Notes: generated from the sequence alone by a model not told the origin. Shown: positions 37,211-46,413, numbered from the stretch's first letter. The stretch is 64,000 bases of DNA from Candidatus Woesearchaeota archaeon (GCA_016784125.1 JADHVI010000002.1:35653-99652), one strand, 5' to 3'. Numbers and translations: made by a program.

Positions 37211-37250
37211 TATTACTAGTAAATAAGAATGTCTTTTTATGTTTAACGCG

Positions 37251-37613
37251 TCAATGTCCAGTGAGAAGTTCTTTGACTTTATTTTTGGCTTTTTCTTTGT
37301 CATAACCAATTGGTATGCCAATTATTTTTACCTGATCAATTTTTCCTAGTTTTTCCATTAATCCGAGAAAGAATGTAACATCAAAGTCATGCAGTGAGAA
37401 CATTCTGTGTGGGTTAAGCAACTTCAGGTTATCAAAAACTTTTATTTCATCAATACCTTCTACGGCGTCCATTATGTAATCAAATTTTTCTTCCATTATC
37501 TGCTCTGGTGAAGTACAAATTACAAAATCTGCCTCGTCTTTTAATTCATTAGCTATTTCAACCGCTAAAGAGTCATATTCCAAGTATGGATTTCCAAAGA
37601 CAAGTATTCTCAT
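37251..37613 (-). CDS. hydrogenase maturation endopeptidase (HycI/HybD family)
   Basis: MRILVFGNPYLEYDSLAVEIANEL, DAV and SLHDFDV motifs match the metal-binding D/D/H pattern of the family. Confidence 0.8.
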   Translation of the reverse strand: MRILVFGNPYLEYDSLAVEIANELKDEADFVICTSPEQIMEEKFDYIMDAVEGIDEIKVFDNLKLLNPHRMFSLHDFDVTFFLGLMEKLGKIDQVKIIGIPIGYDKEKAKNKVKELLTGH

Positions 37614-37651
37614 AGTAAAATATATAAAAGAATTCAGTTTTAAATCTTCCT

Positions 37652-38557
37652 ATGAAGAAGGGGTTATGGCTGGTCTTTTTTACAGCAATCATATCTGGAA
37701 TTAGTATTTTCATCAATGCTTTTGGAGTCCAAGGTATCAATCCTTTTGTTTTTACTGGTGCTAAGAATCTCGTTGTGGGAATATTATTGCTATCAATCAT
37801 TTTCTTTGCTAAAGATTTTAAGAGTTTGAAGAAGTTAAAAGTCAGGGATTGGCGTAACTTGTCTTTGATTGGTTTAGTTGGTGGCAGCATACCATTCTTA
37901 TTATTCTTCAAAGGATTGCAACTGGCCACACCTGCTCAAGGATCTTTTGTTCACAAGACCATGATTGTTTGGGTTGCGATTTTTGCATTGTTCTTCTTAA
38001 AGGAGAAATTGAATTTCAAGATTGTCATTGGAGCAATTGCTTTGTTGGCTGGAAACTTCTTACTTTTGAAACTTTCATCCTTTGATTTAACACTTGGTAT
38101 CTGGTTAATTTTCCTTGCAACATTATTCTGGACTGCAGAGATTATAATATCAAAGAGAGTATTAACAACGTTATCTGGCAATACAGTTGCTTTTGGTAGA
38201 ATGTTTTTTGGTTCTGTGTTCATAATGATTTTCTTGTTAGCAACTAATCAGTTTTCCATTGCGTTCACTCTTTCATCCACCCAATTTATTTGGATTTTCG
38301 TCACGTCTGCTTTCTTGCTAGGTTATGTCTTAACTTTCTACAACGGTTTGAAAACTGTAAATGCCAGCACCGCAGTTGCTATTTTAGCAGTTGGTTCTGT
38401 CGTAACGACATTGCTTAACCTAATATTTTTGGATAAGCTAATTACACTATCTCAAATTGCAGGTTTAATTTTATTAGTGGTTGGAGTGCTTGCATTCACA
38501 CTCAACGTAGAAACTTTCAAGAAACTTTATTCTAATTTTTCAACTGCAAAACCTTGA
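37652..38557 (+). CDS. EamA/DMT-family transporter
   Basis: 301 aa, about ten TM helices in two similar halves. Confidence 0.8.
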   Translation: MKKGLWLVFFTAIISGISIFINAFGVQGINPFVFTGAKNLVVGILLLSIIFFAKDFKSLKKLKVRDWRNLSLIGLVGGSIPFLLFFKGLQLATPAQGSFVHKTMIVWVAIFALFFLKEKLNFKIVIGAIALLAGNFLLLKLSSFDLTLGIWLIFLATLFWTAEIIISKRVLTTLSGNTVAFGRMFFGSVFIMIFLLATNQFSIAFTLSSTQFIWIFVTSAFLLGYVLTFYNGLKTVNASTAVAILAVGSVVTTLLNLIFLDKLITLSQIAGLILLVVGVLAFTLNVETFKKLYSNFSTAKP

Positions 38558-39063
38558 TGTATAGTCACATCATCACCAATTTCTGCATCTGGTAAAATGT
38601 CTGATAGGACATTTCTCACTCGTTCACCATACTGCACTATTAGAATGTCTTCTTCTTTACCAATAACTTTTCCTTTGTAGACCTTGCAAAAGTCACAAAA
38701 GTGTGATCCGAATTGTTTATAATTTCCATCTCTTTTTTCAATATAATCATTATGTTGCTCAAAAAAATATTTTTTTATAACATCCAAATCCCAAATATCC
38801 TTCTTCATCTTGGTTGCGACTTCTGAAATTCTTCTAAATGCAGATGGAAATATAATCATCAATTCTCCTCGATCCATTTGTTTATTATTAAGCACATTTT
38901 GTCTTAGTTCTTCAAATTTTTTCTCATCAATGCTTCCCATTTCTAGTAAGACGTGTGCGCATGGAAATGAATATCGTAAGAAATATTGCTCAGGAGTCAT
39001 CTGCTCCATAATTCTCTTACCAGAATCATGGGGCGTCAAATGCTTAGCATTTATCTGTTTCAT
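38527..39063 (-). CDS. HypC/HupF-like domain protein with about 124-aa N-terminal extension
   Basis: The C-terminal 54 aa (CKVYKGKVIGKEEDILIVQYGERVRNVL...IGDDVTIHQGFAVEKL) align without gaps to the adjacent HypC (CLSVPGKITNIKGETAIVDYQGEKREAS...VGDYVIVNAKFVMEKI). Confidence 0.6.
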   Translation of the reverse strand: MKQINAKHLTPHDSGKRIMEQMTPEQYFLRYSFPCAHVLLEMGSIDEKKFEELRQNVLNNKQMDRGELMIIFPSAFRRISEVATKMKKDIWDLDVIKKYFFEQHNDYIEKRDGNYKQFGSHFCDFCKVYKGKVIGKEEDILIVQYGERVRNVLSDILPDAEIGDDVTIHQGFAVEKLE

Positions 39064-39259
39064 TCCAAATCTCCAAAGCTTTCTTTGCTTCCTCTTCAGG
39101 AATCTTTTCCATTACAAATTTTGCGTTAACAATAACATAATCACCTACTTTAACATCTTTTTTTAATTTTAATGAAGCTTCTCTTTTTTCTCCTTGGTAA
39201 TCTACTATAGCTGTTTCTCCTTTAATATTAGTTATTTTTCCAGGGACTGATAAACACAT
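39044..39259 (-). CDS. hypC: hydrogenase maturation chaperone HypC
   Basis: MCLSVPGKI N-terminus with the essential Cys2. 71 aa. Confidence 0.92.
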   Translation of the reverse strand: MCLSVPGKITNIKGETAIVDYQGEKREASLKLKKDVKVGDYVIVNAKFVMEKIPEEEAKKALEIWNETDKC

Positions 39260-39586
39260 TTATTCTACCTCTATTTCTTTAAGTATTATATCTTTTCCAT
39301 CAATAATTGTTGGCATCATGGCCTTGCACTGTGAACATTTGAACACATTGTGATCATGACCTTTTTCAAGTATTTCTGGTTCTCCTTCATAACCACATTC
39401 TTCACATTTAACAGTTGCTTTTTTCTTTGTGATTTTAACTTCCCAATCTGTCAAGGTAGTAAGTACTTCTTCCATTTCATGAGCAGGTAAGTGTCCAAGA
39501 TCTCCAACTTCAACAACTATCTTTCTCACTTTACCATGCTTTGTTGCTTTGTCTATTATTGCTTTTGCAATTGTTTGTTCATGCAT
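39260..39586 (-). CDS. hypA: hydrogenase nickel-insertion protein HypA
   Basis: MHE N-terminal Ni site and a zinc site of two CxxC pairs (CEECGY, CSQC). Confidence 0.92.
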   Translation of the reverse strand: MHEQTIAKAIIDKATKHGKVRKIVVEVGDLGHLPAHEMEEVLTTLTDWEVKITKKKATVKCEECGYEGEPEILEKGHDHNVFKCSQCKAMMPTIIDGKDIILKEIEVE

Positions 39587-39608
39587 TTTCTCTGTTTATT
39601 GTTGTCTT

Positions 39609-40805
39609 TTATAGAAGTGTGCTGACTTTCTTGAGACTCTTTATGAAATGATCAACCTCTTCTTCTGTGTTGTAAAAATATACTGAAGCCCGGACAGTTC
39701 CAGGTGACTTATGCTTGTTAAACCATGAATGTACACAGTGGGTTCCGCTTCTCACCATTACATTTGCTGAGTTATCTAGTAGCAAAGCTATTTGATGTGG
39801 ATCATTTTTTCCAAGATTAAAACTGGTTATTCCGCCTCTCTGCTCTGGTCCTGGCCCAAGAATGTTAATATTATCAAATGATTCTAATCCCTTTGTTAGT
39901 TTTGTTGTAAGCATTAATTCTTGTTTTTCAATGTTTTTCAAACCGATCTTCTGCAAGTATCTTGCTGCTTCAGCCAAACCAATTATGCCAGCGTAGTTTT
40001 GCAAACCTGCTTCAAATCTTTCTGGTACATCTTCCCATGTTCTTGAAGTATAAGTTGAATCTTTAACTGTTTCTCCACCTACCATGAACGGATGCAAATT
40101 TTCCAATAACGCTTTTTGTCCATACAAAATACCCATACCTGAAGGTCCGAGCATTTTATGACCTGAAAAAGCTAAGAAGTCAACACCTAATTTTCTCACA
40201 TCAACATCTTTGTGAGGTACTGATTGTGCAGCGTCCAACATTACAAGTGCACCGTTTCTATGCGCAATTTTTATAATTTCTTTTGCAGGGTTGGTAACCC
40301 CATCCATATTTGAAGTGTGTACAATAGAAACAAGTTTCACATCTCTGACCTCTCGTTTGAATGCTTCCATGTTAAAAGTATTATCTTCTTTTGAACCAAG
40401 AACTTTTAATTTGATTAATCCTTGTTCAGCTAGTAATTGCCAAGGTAACAAGTTCGAGTTATGCTCCTTGTCTGTTATTAGCACTTTATCTCCTTGTTTA
40501 AACTTGAATGAGTTAGCCACTAAATTAATAGCTTCAGTTGTATTCCTTGTGAATATGATTTCTTCTTTTCTCTTTGCATTGATGAATTTCCTCATGGTTT
40601 CTCTTGACTTCGCGACTTCATCCGTTATCTTGTTGCCTAGACGATGCATACTTCTTCCAGCACAAGCAGGAAACTCGTAGTAATACTTGTTCATAGCTTC
40701 AACTACTTGTTTTGGTTTAAGTGTAACACAGGAATTATCAAAGTACACTATTCCTTTGTCAAGAATTGGAAAATCCTTCCTTACTTTATCAACCCTTAGC
40801 CCCAT
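39609..40805 (-). CDS. cysteine desulfurase (class V aminotransferase, SufS/Csd-like)
   Basis: PLP-Lys region FSGHKMLGPSGMGILYG and catalytic Cys loop RSGTHCV. Confidence 0.9.
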   Translation of the reverse strand: MGLRVDKVRKDFPILDKGIVYFDNSCVTLKPKQVVEAMNKYYYEFPACAGRSMHRLGNKITDEVAKSRETMRKFINAKRKEEIIFTRNTTEAINLVANSFKFKQGDKVLITDKEHNSNLLPWQLLAEQGLIKLKVLGSKEDNTFNMEAFKREVRDVKLVSIVHTSNMDGVTNPAKEIIKIAHRNGALVMLDAAQSVPHKDVDVRKLGVDFLAFSGHKMLGPSGMGILYGQKALLENLHPFMVGGETVKDSTYTSRTWEDVPERFEAGLQNYAGIIGLAEAARYLQKIGLKNIEKQELMLTTKLTKGLESFDNINILGPGPEQRGGITSFNLGKNDPHQIALLLDNSANVMVRSGTHCVHSWFNKHKSPGTVRASVYFYNTEEEVDHFIKSLKKVSTLL

Positions 40806-40837
40806 GAAGAGAATTAACTATTGTTTGTTTATATAGT

Positions 40838-41548
40838 TTACTGTGACCATAGCATATTAAAATAGTTTTGATGAGATTTGGTAATTTCTTTGTTTTGTAT
40901 TTTTATTACTAAAGGTTCCTTATCCCATAGAATGAACAAAGCATTGTTTCCATAAATTATTGTAGTGCTCGGATTAACATTTTCTACAAATTTATATTCT
41001 AATAAGTCTCTTTTTTTTAGTTTTGATTTTAGTGATTTTGGAAAGATCGACCTTTGTTTTATTCTGTTTTCAATTCTTTTCTTATGCCATAACTCAAAAT
41101 ATGAACCAAACACTTCTCTGAACTCCAGATTTGCTGCGATAAGAGAAATTGGTTTCTTGGCGTACAGTATTTCTTCAAAAACAGCTCTCAAACCTTTCTT
41201 TCCGGTAAAGATATTTGCATCCAAAGAATTATCAGAGTTAACATCAATGTTCTTGATCTCTTTTGAAAGACTCGTTTCAATTTTTTTCAACTCGTCTTCT
41301 TTTATTTTAACTAAAGATAAAACTAGTTTTGGATCTCTTGCCTCATACCATTTAACTTTATTTTTTATTATGAAAGCAACTACGCCTTTTGCAACTAATC
41401 TACTTAGTGCTTCATAGATATTTGTCCTGTTGATATTTGTTTCAGAACTGATTTTATTAGGATAACTAGCACTCTGTTTAAGTAAATGCAAATAAACTTT
41501 AATCTCAGATGGACTAAAGCCAATCTTTGAAAGATTTTCTTCTAACAT
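40838..41548 (-). CDS. TrmB-family transcriptional regulator
   Basis: N-terminal wHTH LSKIGFSPSEIKVYLHLLKQSASYPNKISSETNINRTNIYEALSRLVAKGVV. Confidence 0.8.
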   Translation of the reverse strand: MLEENLSKIGFSPSEIKVYLHLLKQSASYPNKISSETNINRTNIYEALSRLVAKGVVAFIIKNKVKWYEARDPKLVLSLVKIKEDELKKIETSLSKEIKNIDVNSDNSLDANIFTGKKGLRAVFEEILYAKKPISLIAANLEFREVFGSYFELWHKKRIENRIKQRSIFPKSLKSKLKKRDLLEYKFVENVNPSTTIIYGNNALFILWDKEPLVIKIQNKEITKSHQNYFNMLWSQ

Positions 41549-41636
41549 ACATAATGGGAATTAAAATTTGTTTAAATAGTTGTGGTATAGAACAACAACT
41601 TAAATTATTATCATACTATAAAATTACTAAATAGAC

Positions 41637-42407
41637 ATGACTAAAATTAAAGAACCAATATGGGTTATTGGTTGTAATAATAGTGGAACAACAATTCTTA
41701 GAAATACAATTCTATCACACAAAAATGTTTGTGGACCAACAATAGACGGACAAGAGCTTCCCGGAATGCCAAAAATAATGACCCACTATCTAGGAGATAT
41801 GTTTTCTAGATTGTGGACTCATCCAAATACCAAGTTAAATTATTATGTTGACGAAAGTTTTTACAATGAAGAAATAAAATGCGAAATTATAAACGCCTAC
41901 AAACCTTATCTTAAACCAGGAAAAACATTCATTTCAAAAAGTCCTACCGATGTAATTAGAACTCGGTTCATTCAAGCTTGTTTTCCAGATACAAAGTTTA
42001 TTGGAATTGTCAGAAATGGATATGCGGTTTCAGAAGGAACTATTAGAAAAAGAAAAGAAGATCCTGATAGACATTTTCTCAAAGGGCTTTTCACATCTAT
42101 AGATCAAGCAGCAGAACATTGGTTTAGGGCAAATGTTATGATTCTATCAAATCAAACGCATCTTAACAATTATCTAATAATTCAATATGAAGATTTAGTA
42201 GAAAAGCCAAAAGAAACTCTTCATCAAGTTCTAGATTTCTGTAGCTTGGAAAAAGAAGGATTTCAAATTCCAACATTTCAAACAAATCTTAACAAAATAC
42301 AAATATCTACCTTAAATGAATATGAACTAGAAACAGTAACAAGGATCGCTCAACCAATGTTAATTCATTTTGGATATGAAATTCTAGGGCCAGATTTCAA
42401 ATGGTAG
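41637..42407 (+). CDS. sulfotransferase-family protein
   Basis: N-terminal PAPS 5'-phosphosulfate-binding-like loop WVIGCNNSGTTIL and an internal RNGYAVSEG (3'-PB-like). Confidence 0.6.
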   Translation: MTKIKEPIWVIGCNNSGTTILRNTILSHKNVCGPTIDGQELPGMPKIMTHYLGDMFSRLWTHPNTKLNYYVDESFYNEEIKCEIINAYKPYLKPGKTFISKSPTDVIRTRFIQACFPDTKFIGIVRNGYAVSEGTIRKRKEDPDRHFLKGLFTSIDQAAEHWFRANVMILSNQTHLNNYLIIQYEDLVEKPKETLHQVLDFCSLEKEGFQIPTFQTNLNKIQISTLNEYELETVTRIAQPMLIHFGYEILGPDFKW

Positions 42408-43678
42408 TTGTTCAATTAATTCAGCCTGAAAGAAGTCCGGGTTATGCTGACAATTCAAGGTCTGGTTGTTACGTGCCACTTGGATTGGTTTCAATTGCCA
42501 CATATATAAAACAAGAAGTTTCGTTTTCAGAAGTTGAAGTCATAGATGGAGAACTTCTTTCTAATCAAGAAATTATAGCCAGGTTAAAGCCCGGAGCATA
42601 TATTGGCATTGATACAAAAACTCCAAACTATTTTTCTGCTTTACAAATTGCCAGATATGCAAAGAAAAAAGGCTGTAAAGTAATTCTTGGAGGAGTTTAT
42701 GCTTCTGCAATCCCACACACAATAACAAAGCATAGTTCAGATTTAATAGATCATATAGTTGTAGGATACGGAGAAAAAGCATTTGCAGATATAATCAATG
42801 GGAAAAAGGATAAAATAATTGAAGTTCCAATATCTTCATTTGATGAATTACCCATTCCTGATAGAAATCTAGTCAATTTTGAAAAATACATACAACATTT
42901 CAAAGAACAACACCCAACTTGGAATTGGAGAGGAACAAATATTTTCACACATACTGGTTGCAAATATGACTGTCTTTTTTGTTCAAGAACAGGAACTAAA
43001 AAAATAGTTTATAGAAATCCTGAACTAATCTGGAGTGAAGTTCGCTCGCTTGTCGAAGATCATGGAATAGAATACTTAGTTGATTTCAGCGATACAATTA
43101 CTCAAATACCTTCAGCTTTAAGAGCGATAGTAGAATCTAAGCCAAAAGATTTAAACCCTTTATTTCATGTTTTCTCAACTGCCGATGGAATTAATCAAGA
43201 AACAATTGAGCTTTTGAAAAGATTAAACACAAAACATGTTTTTGTAGGTGCTGAAACCGGAGACAAAGTTCTTGCAAAAACCATTGAAAAAGGAAGAAAC
43301 TATTCTCCAAACTTAAGCTTAGAAGCAATAACTCTTCTTAGCAAAGAGGGAATTGATGTAACTCCTTCTTTCGTTCTTGGTTTGCCTGGAGAAACAGAAC
43401 AAAGCTTGAACAATACTCTTGAATTTGTAAAAAAAATAAAAGATGTTTCTAACTTTGAAGAAATATTTTGCTCTGCATTTATTCCTTTTCCCGGATCACC
43501 AGCTTTTAAAATTTTAGAAGAAAGAAAACTTCTTCCTGACACAGACATTTTTGATCCTGAAGAATTAAAGAAAATATGGATTAAAGAATCATGCGAAGTA
43601 GACTATGAAACAATAATAGAATGTGTTGATAAAATATTAGAATTAGCTAGTTATAAAATAACAATAAAAAAAAATTAA
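42401..43678 (+). CDS. B12-binding-domain radical SAM protein
   Basis: N-terminal cobalamin-binding-like Rossmann segment and the CxxxCxxC motif (GCKYDCLFCS). It overlaps the sulfotransferase gene by 7 nt (ATGGTAG). Confidence 0.8.
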   Translation: MVVVQLIQPERSPGYADNSRSGCYVPLGLVSIATYIKQEVSFSEVEVIDGELLSNQEIIARLKPGAYIGIDTKTPNYFSALQIARYAKKKGCKVILGGVYASAIPHTITKHSSDLIDHIVVGYGEKAFADIINGKKDKIIEVPISSFDELPIPDRNLVNFEKYIQHFKEQHPTWNWRGTNIFTHTGCKYDCLFCSRTGTKKIVYRNPELIWSEVRSLVEDHGIEYLVDFSDTITQIPSALRAIVESKPKDLNPLFHVFSTADGINQETIELLKRLNTKHVFVGAETGDKVLAKTIEKGRNYSPNLSLEAITLLSKEGIDVTPSFVLGLPGETEQSLNNTLEFVKKIKDVSNFEEIFCSAFIPFPGSPAFKILEERKLLPDTDIFDPEELKKIWIKESCEVDYETIIECVDKILELASYKITIKKN

Positions 43679-43695
43679 AAAAATTAAAATTCAAC

Positions 43696-45462
43696 TTAGC
43701 AAGATCCGCCTGCTGAAGGTGCTTGTGTTGGCGCTGGAGCTATTGGAATTACTTCACCACATTCTTCTGGTGCTTCATCAAATTCCAAACACAAAGCATT
43801 CTTGATACTTTCTGCATCTCTGCCCGTCATAAAGGTCTTTCCGTTTACTAAGAAAGTTGGTGAGACTTGCGGTGGTATTAAAGTTATTTGTCCATTTTGA
43901 GGATATTCTCTTACGAGTCCTTGAACCAACCTGTCTTCTTCTGCAGCAATTGTTAATTTATCATTTGCTTCGCAGTTCCTGATAACTTCTTTATCTATTC
44001 CAACTGCATCTGCTGCGGTTTCCCAACAAGTATCCGCATTTCTTGAGTCACACATCTCATTCACTTTTACTGTGAATTTAAAGAAAGATTCATATCCAAG
44101 TTCTCTTAAAGCACATAGCTCTCTTACTCCTTGGTTTCCTTCTTGTTCACCGTGCAAAGATCCAACTGTGTCGCCTGCAACATTTATGATGTAATGTGGT
44201 ACTATGTCAACTTTATCTCCTAATACTTGGTATACACCATATGCTGCTTCATCTGCAGGGTTTCCATATGGACAGAATGACATCACAAAGTAATCCAATC
44301 TTGGCTTGGCTGGTTTCTCATTAAAGCCAAGAAATGCTAGATTATCATCAACATATCCTAATATTTGTTCTTGTTGTGCTTCGAGTTGTCTTTGCATTTC
44401 TGCTTCATATGCTACTCTTGCTTCATCATCTATAAACCAGTTTGCACCGATTGCTTCATCTCTCAATCTGAATCCATTTCCTGATTCCATAAATGAACTT
44501 CTAAGCTCTGGATTGTTTTCCCAAGTAAACGTTTCTTCTAAGGATTTTTCAAAGATGAATGCTGGCAAGAATACAAGTCCATTTTCTTCCACTAATGCTT
44601 GTCCTTCTGCATCATCAACATCTACTTTTCTGATGTTTGCTCCTGGAAAAAACTGTGTTGTTACCGATTCAATATTTGCAGTATTGCAGGTTGAACAATC
44701 ATTATCTGTTAGAACTACAACTTCCAATTTTACTGATTCAAAACATGCTTCATGTTCACCACCAAGTGCTTCGCAAATCGCTGTTATGTAGCTTATCTCT
44801 AATCTTCCACCATTGTATGACTTCCCATTCAAATATACTGTTGGACTTGCGCTAGCACCTACTTTATTTGTTTCTACTTCACATGCTTTTAATAGTTCAA
44901 CACCATCATTTACAACGCAACTAGCAATTGCTTCTGTATCGATTGATAATTGATTTGCGCAGTTAGCATATTGTGCTTGTCCTGCTTGGTAATTTTGATT
45001 GAAGCATAACAGGTAATCATAGTGTTTCTCAGGAAAGAGTTTCTCAACACATAACTGCCTCATATTCTCATCTACTTCTGGCTGTCCATGTAAGCTTTGA
45101 AAATTATCTCCTTGTGAATTAACGATATAGTTAATGTTTAAATCAACATCACCATCAAATCTTTGTACCGCTTTTACGAGTTGTGTTTCAGCTTGTGTTC
45201 CTGGCGGACATTGACTCATTACGTATAAGTCAAATACAGCTTCACCTGCTGGTGCGCTTTCGTTCAATGCAAAAACTGATACTAATATAACTGCTATTAA
45301 CACTACAATCAAAGCTGCCAAACTTTTTTTGCCTAAAGGTTGACATCCGCATGAATCATCTTTGCAAACTTCTCCTACTTTATTCTTAATAGGTTTTTTA
45401 GAACTAGGCTTCTTTTTTGTCACTTTTTTTTTAGTTAATTTTTTTGCTGGCATAAATACCAC
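43696..45462 (-). CDS. membrane-anchored multi-domain thiol-redox-like protein (two GILT/DsbA-like modules + one Trx-like CxxC module) ending in GGSC-COOH
   Basis: Lys-rich tail with CKDDSCGC, then one TM. Two similar modules follow (YVMSQCPPG...SLHGQPEVDEN...LC and YFVMSFCPYG...SLHGEQEGNQG...LC). The central VVVLTDNDCSTCN...EGQALVEENGL module resembles the repeats of the 383-aa protein. Confidence 0.65.
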   Translation of the reverse strand: MVFMPAKKLTKKKVTKKKPSSKKPIKNKVGEVCKDDSCGCQPLGKKSLAALIVVLIAVILVSVFALNESAPAGEAVFDLYVMSQCPPGTQAETQLVKAVQRFDGDVDLNINYIVNSQGDNFQSLHGQPEVDENMRQLCVEKLFPEKHYDYLLCFNQNYQAGQAQYANCANQLSIDTEAIASCVVNDGVELLKACEVETNKVGASASPTVYLNGKSYNGGRLEISYITAICEALGGEHEACFESVKLEVVVLTDNDCSTCNTANIESVTTQFFPGANIRKVDVDDAEGQALVEENGLVFLPAFIFEKSLEETFTWENNPELRSSFMESGNGFRLRDEAIGANWFIDDEARVAYEAEMQRQLEAQQEQILGYVDDNLAFLGFNEKPAKPRLDYFVMSFCPYGNPADEAAYGVYQVLGDKVDIVPHYIINVAGDTVGSLHGEQEGNQGVRELCALRELGYESFFKFTVKVNEMCDSRNADTCWETAADAVGIDKEVIRNCEANDKLTIAAEEDRLVQGLVREYPQNGQITLIPPQVSPTFLVNGKTFMTGRDAESIKNALCLEFDEAPEECGEVIPIAPAPTQAPSAGGSC

Positions 45463-45486
45463 CCCTCATTCTTTAAATAAATTTAA

Positions 45487-46413
45487 TTATTCTTTTAGTT
45501 TTCTATCAATAATTTTTTTGAATTCTTTATAAGATTTTGGTCCTACTAATGATTCTTCTCCGTTTATGAAGAATGTTGGCGTTCCATAAATGCCTGCGAG
45601 ATGTCCATCCGCATAGTCATTGTTTAATTCATCATCATATTTCTGGGACAAAACACACTCATCATATTGTTCCATATTAATTCCCAAAGGAAGTACGAGT
45701 TCTCTAATTGTACTATCATTTAGAATTTCTTGGTTTTCAAATAGTGCAAAATAATAATCCCAATAGCCTTCTCGACTTTGTTCATAAACACATTGTGCAC
45801 TTAATGATGGCTCATGAGCGTGTTCGTGAATACTCAACGGAAAATCTCTGAAAACAAAAAGAATTTCATCTTGATTATTTTCATAAAGCTTTTTTACGGC
45901 TCCAAGAGCTGCTTCTCTAGAGTATTGACATTTGAAACAACCAAACTCTATAATAGTCACTTTTGCATCAGGATTACCAAACCATGGATCATCATCAACA
46001 CCCACTATTCCCGGATTCAACTCTGCCTTGTCTGCGATGCCACTAATACCATTTGATCCAGTTCCACCAGGATTAAAAGGACAAAAACCAGTTGCATCTT
46101 CACCATTGCAGTTCTGATAAAGAGCTAAGTAGTATATTCCTTGAATAGAGTAAACAATGCTAATAATAAACAATATTAGAAATATCCAAGAAATTATTTC
46201 AAAATGTCTGTAAATAAATCTTCCACCTACTGGACAACGCTTCATAAGTTTGCCTGTGATTTGTGCTTTTAACCTCTTGTCAAGACCCGTATCACATTTT
46301 CTCAAGGTAACTCTTTTGAACATACAATCCAATGCTTCCTTAGCAATAATTCTATGAGTGCTGCTAAATATTCCTAGAATTCCAAAGACGATGAGTGCTA
46401 TGATACATATCAT
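45487..46413 (-). CDS. DsbA-like thiol:disulfide oxidoreductase fused to an N-terminal Cys-rich two-TM domain
   Basis: DsbA domain with TIIEFGCFKCQYS (CxxC) and GTPTFFING. The N-terminal roughly 115 aa have two TM helices with Cys residues on both flanks (C-x10-C, RCP, NCNGEDATGFCP). Confidence 0.75.
   Translation of the reverse strand: MICIIALIVFGILGIFSSTHRIIAKEALDCMFKRVTLRKCDTGLDKRLKAQITGKLMKRCPVGGRFIYRHFEIISWIFLILFIISIVYSIQGIYYLALYQNCNGEDATGFCPFNPGGTGSNGISGIADKAELNPGIVGVDDDPWFGNPDAKVTIIEFGCFKCQYSREAALGAVKKLYENNQDEILFVFRDFPLSIHEHAHEPSLSAQCVYEQSREGYWDYYFALFENQEILNDSTIRELVLPLGINMEQYDECVLSQKYDDELNNDYADGHLAGIYGTPTFFINGEESLVGPKSYKEFKKIIDRKLKE

Noticed and set aside
37211-37321. Upstream extension of the nuclease ORF (MAYQLVMTKKKPK...)
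   Set aside because: It would overlap the 3' end of the hydrogenase protease gene by 71 nt. The conserved nuclease N-terminus (SHSRISTFEQC) starts just after the Met at 37210.
37573-38223. Minus-strand ORFs 37573-37929 and 37951-38223
   Set aside because: They lie antisense to the EamA transporter gene and have no recognisable features.
44306-44855. Plus-strand ORFs 44306-44791 and 44637-44855
   Set aside because: They lie antisense to the 588-aa multi-domain gene and are Ser-rich shadow frames.
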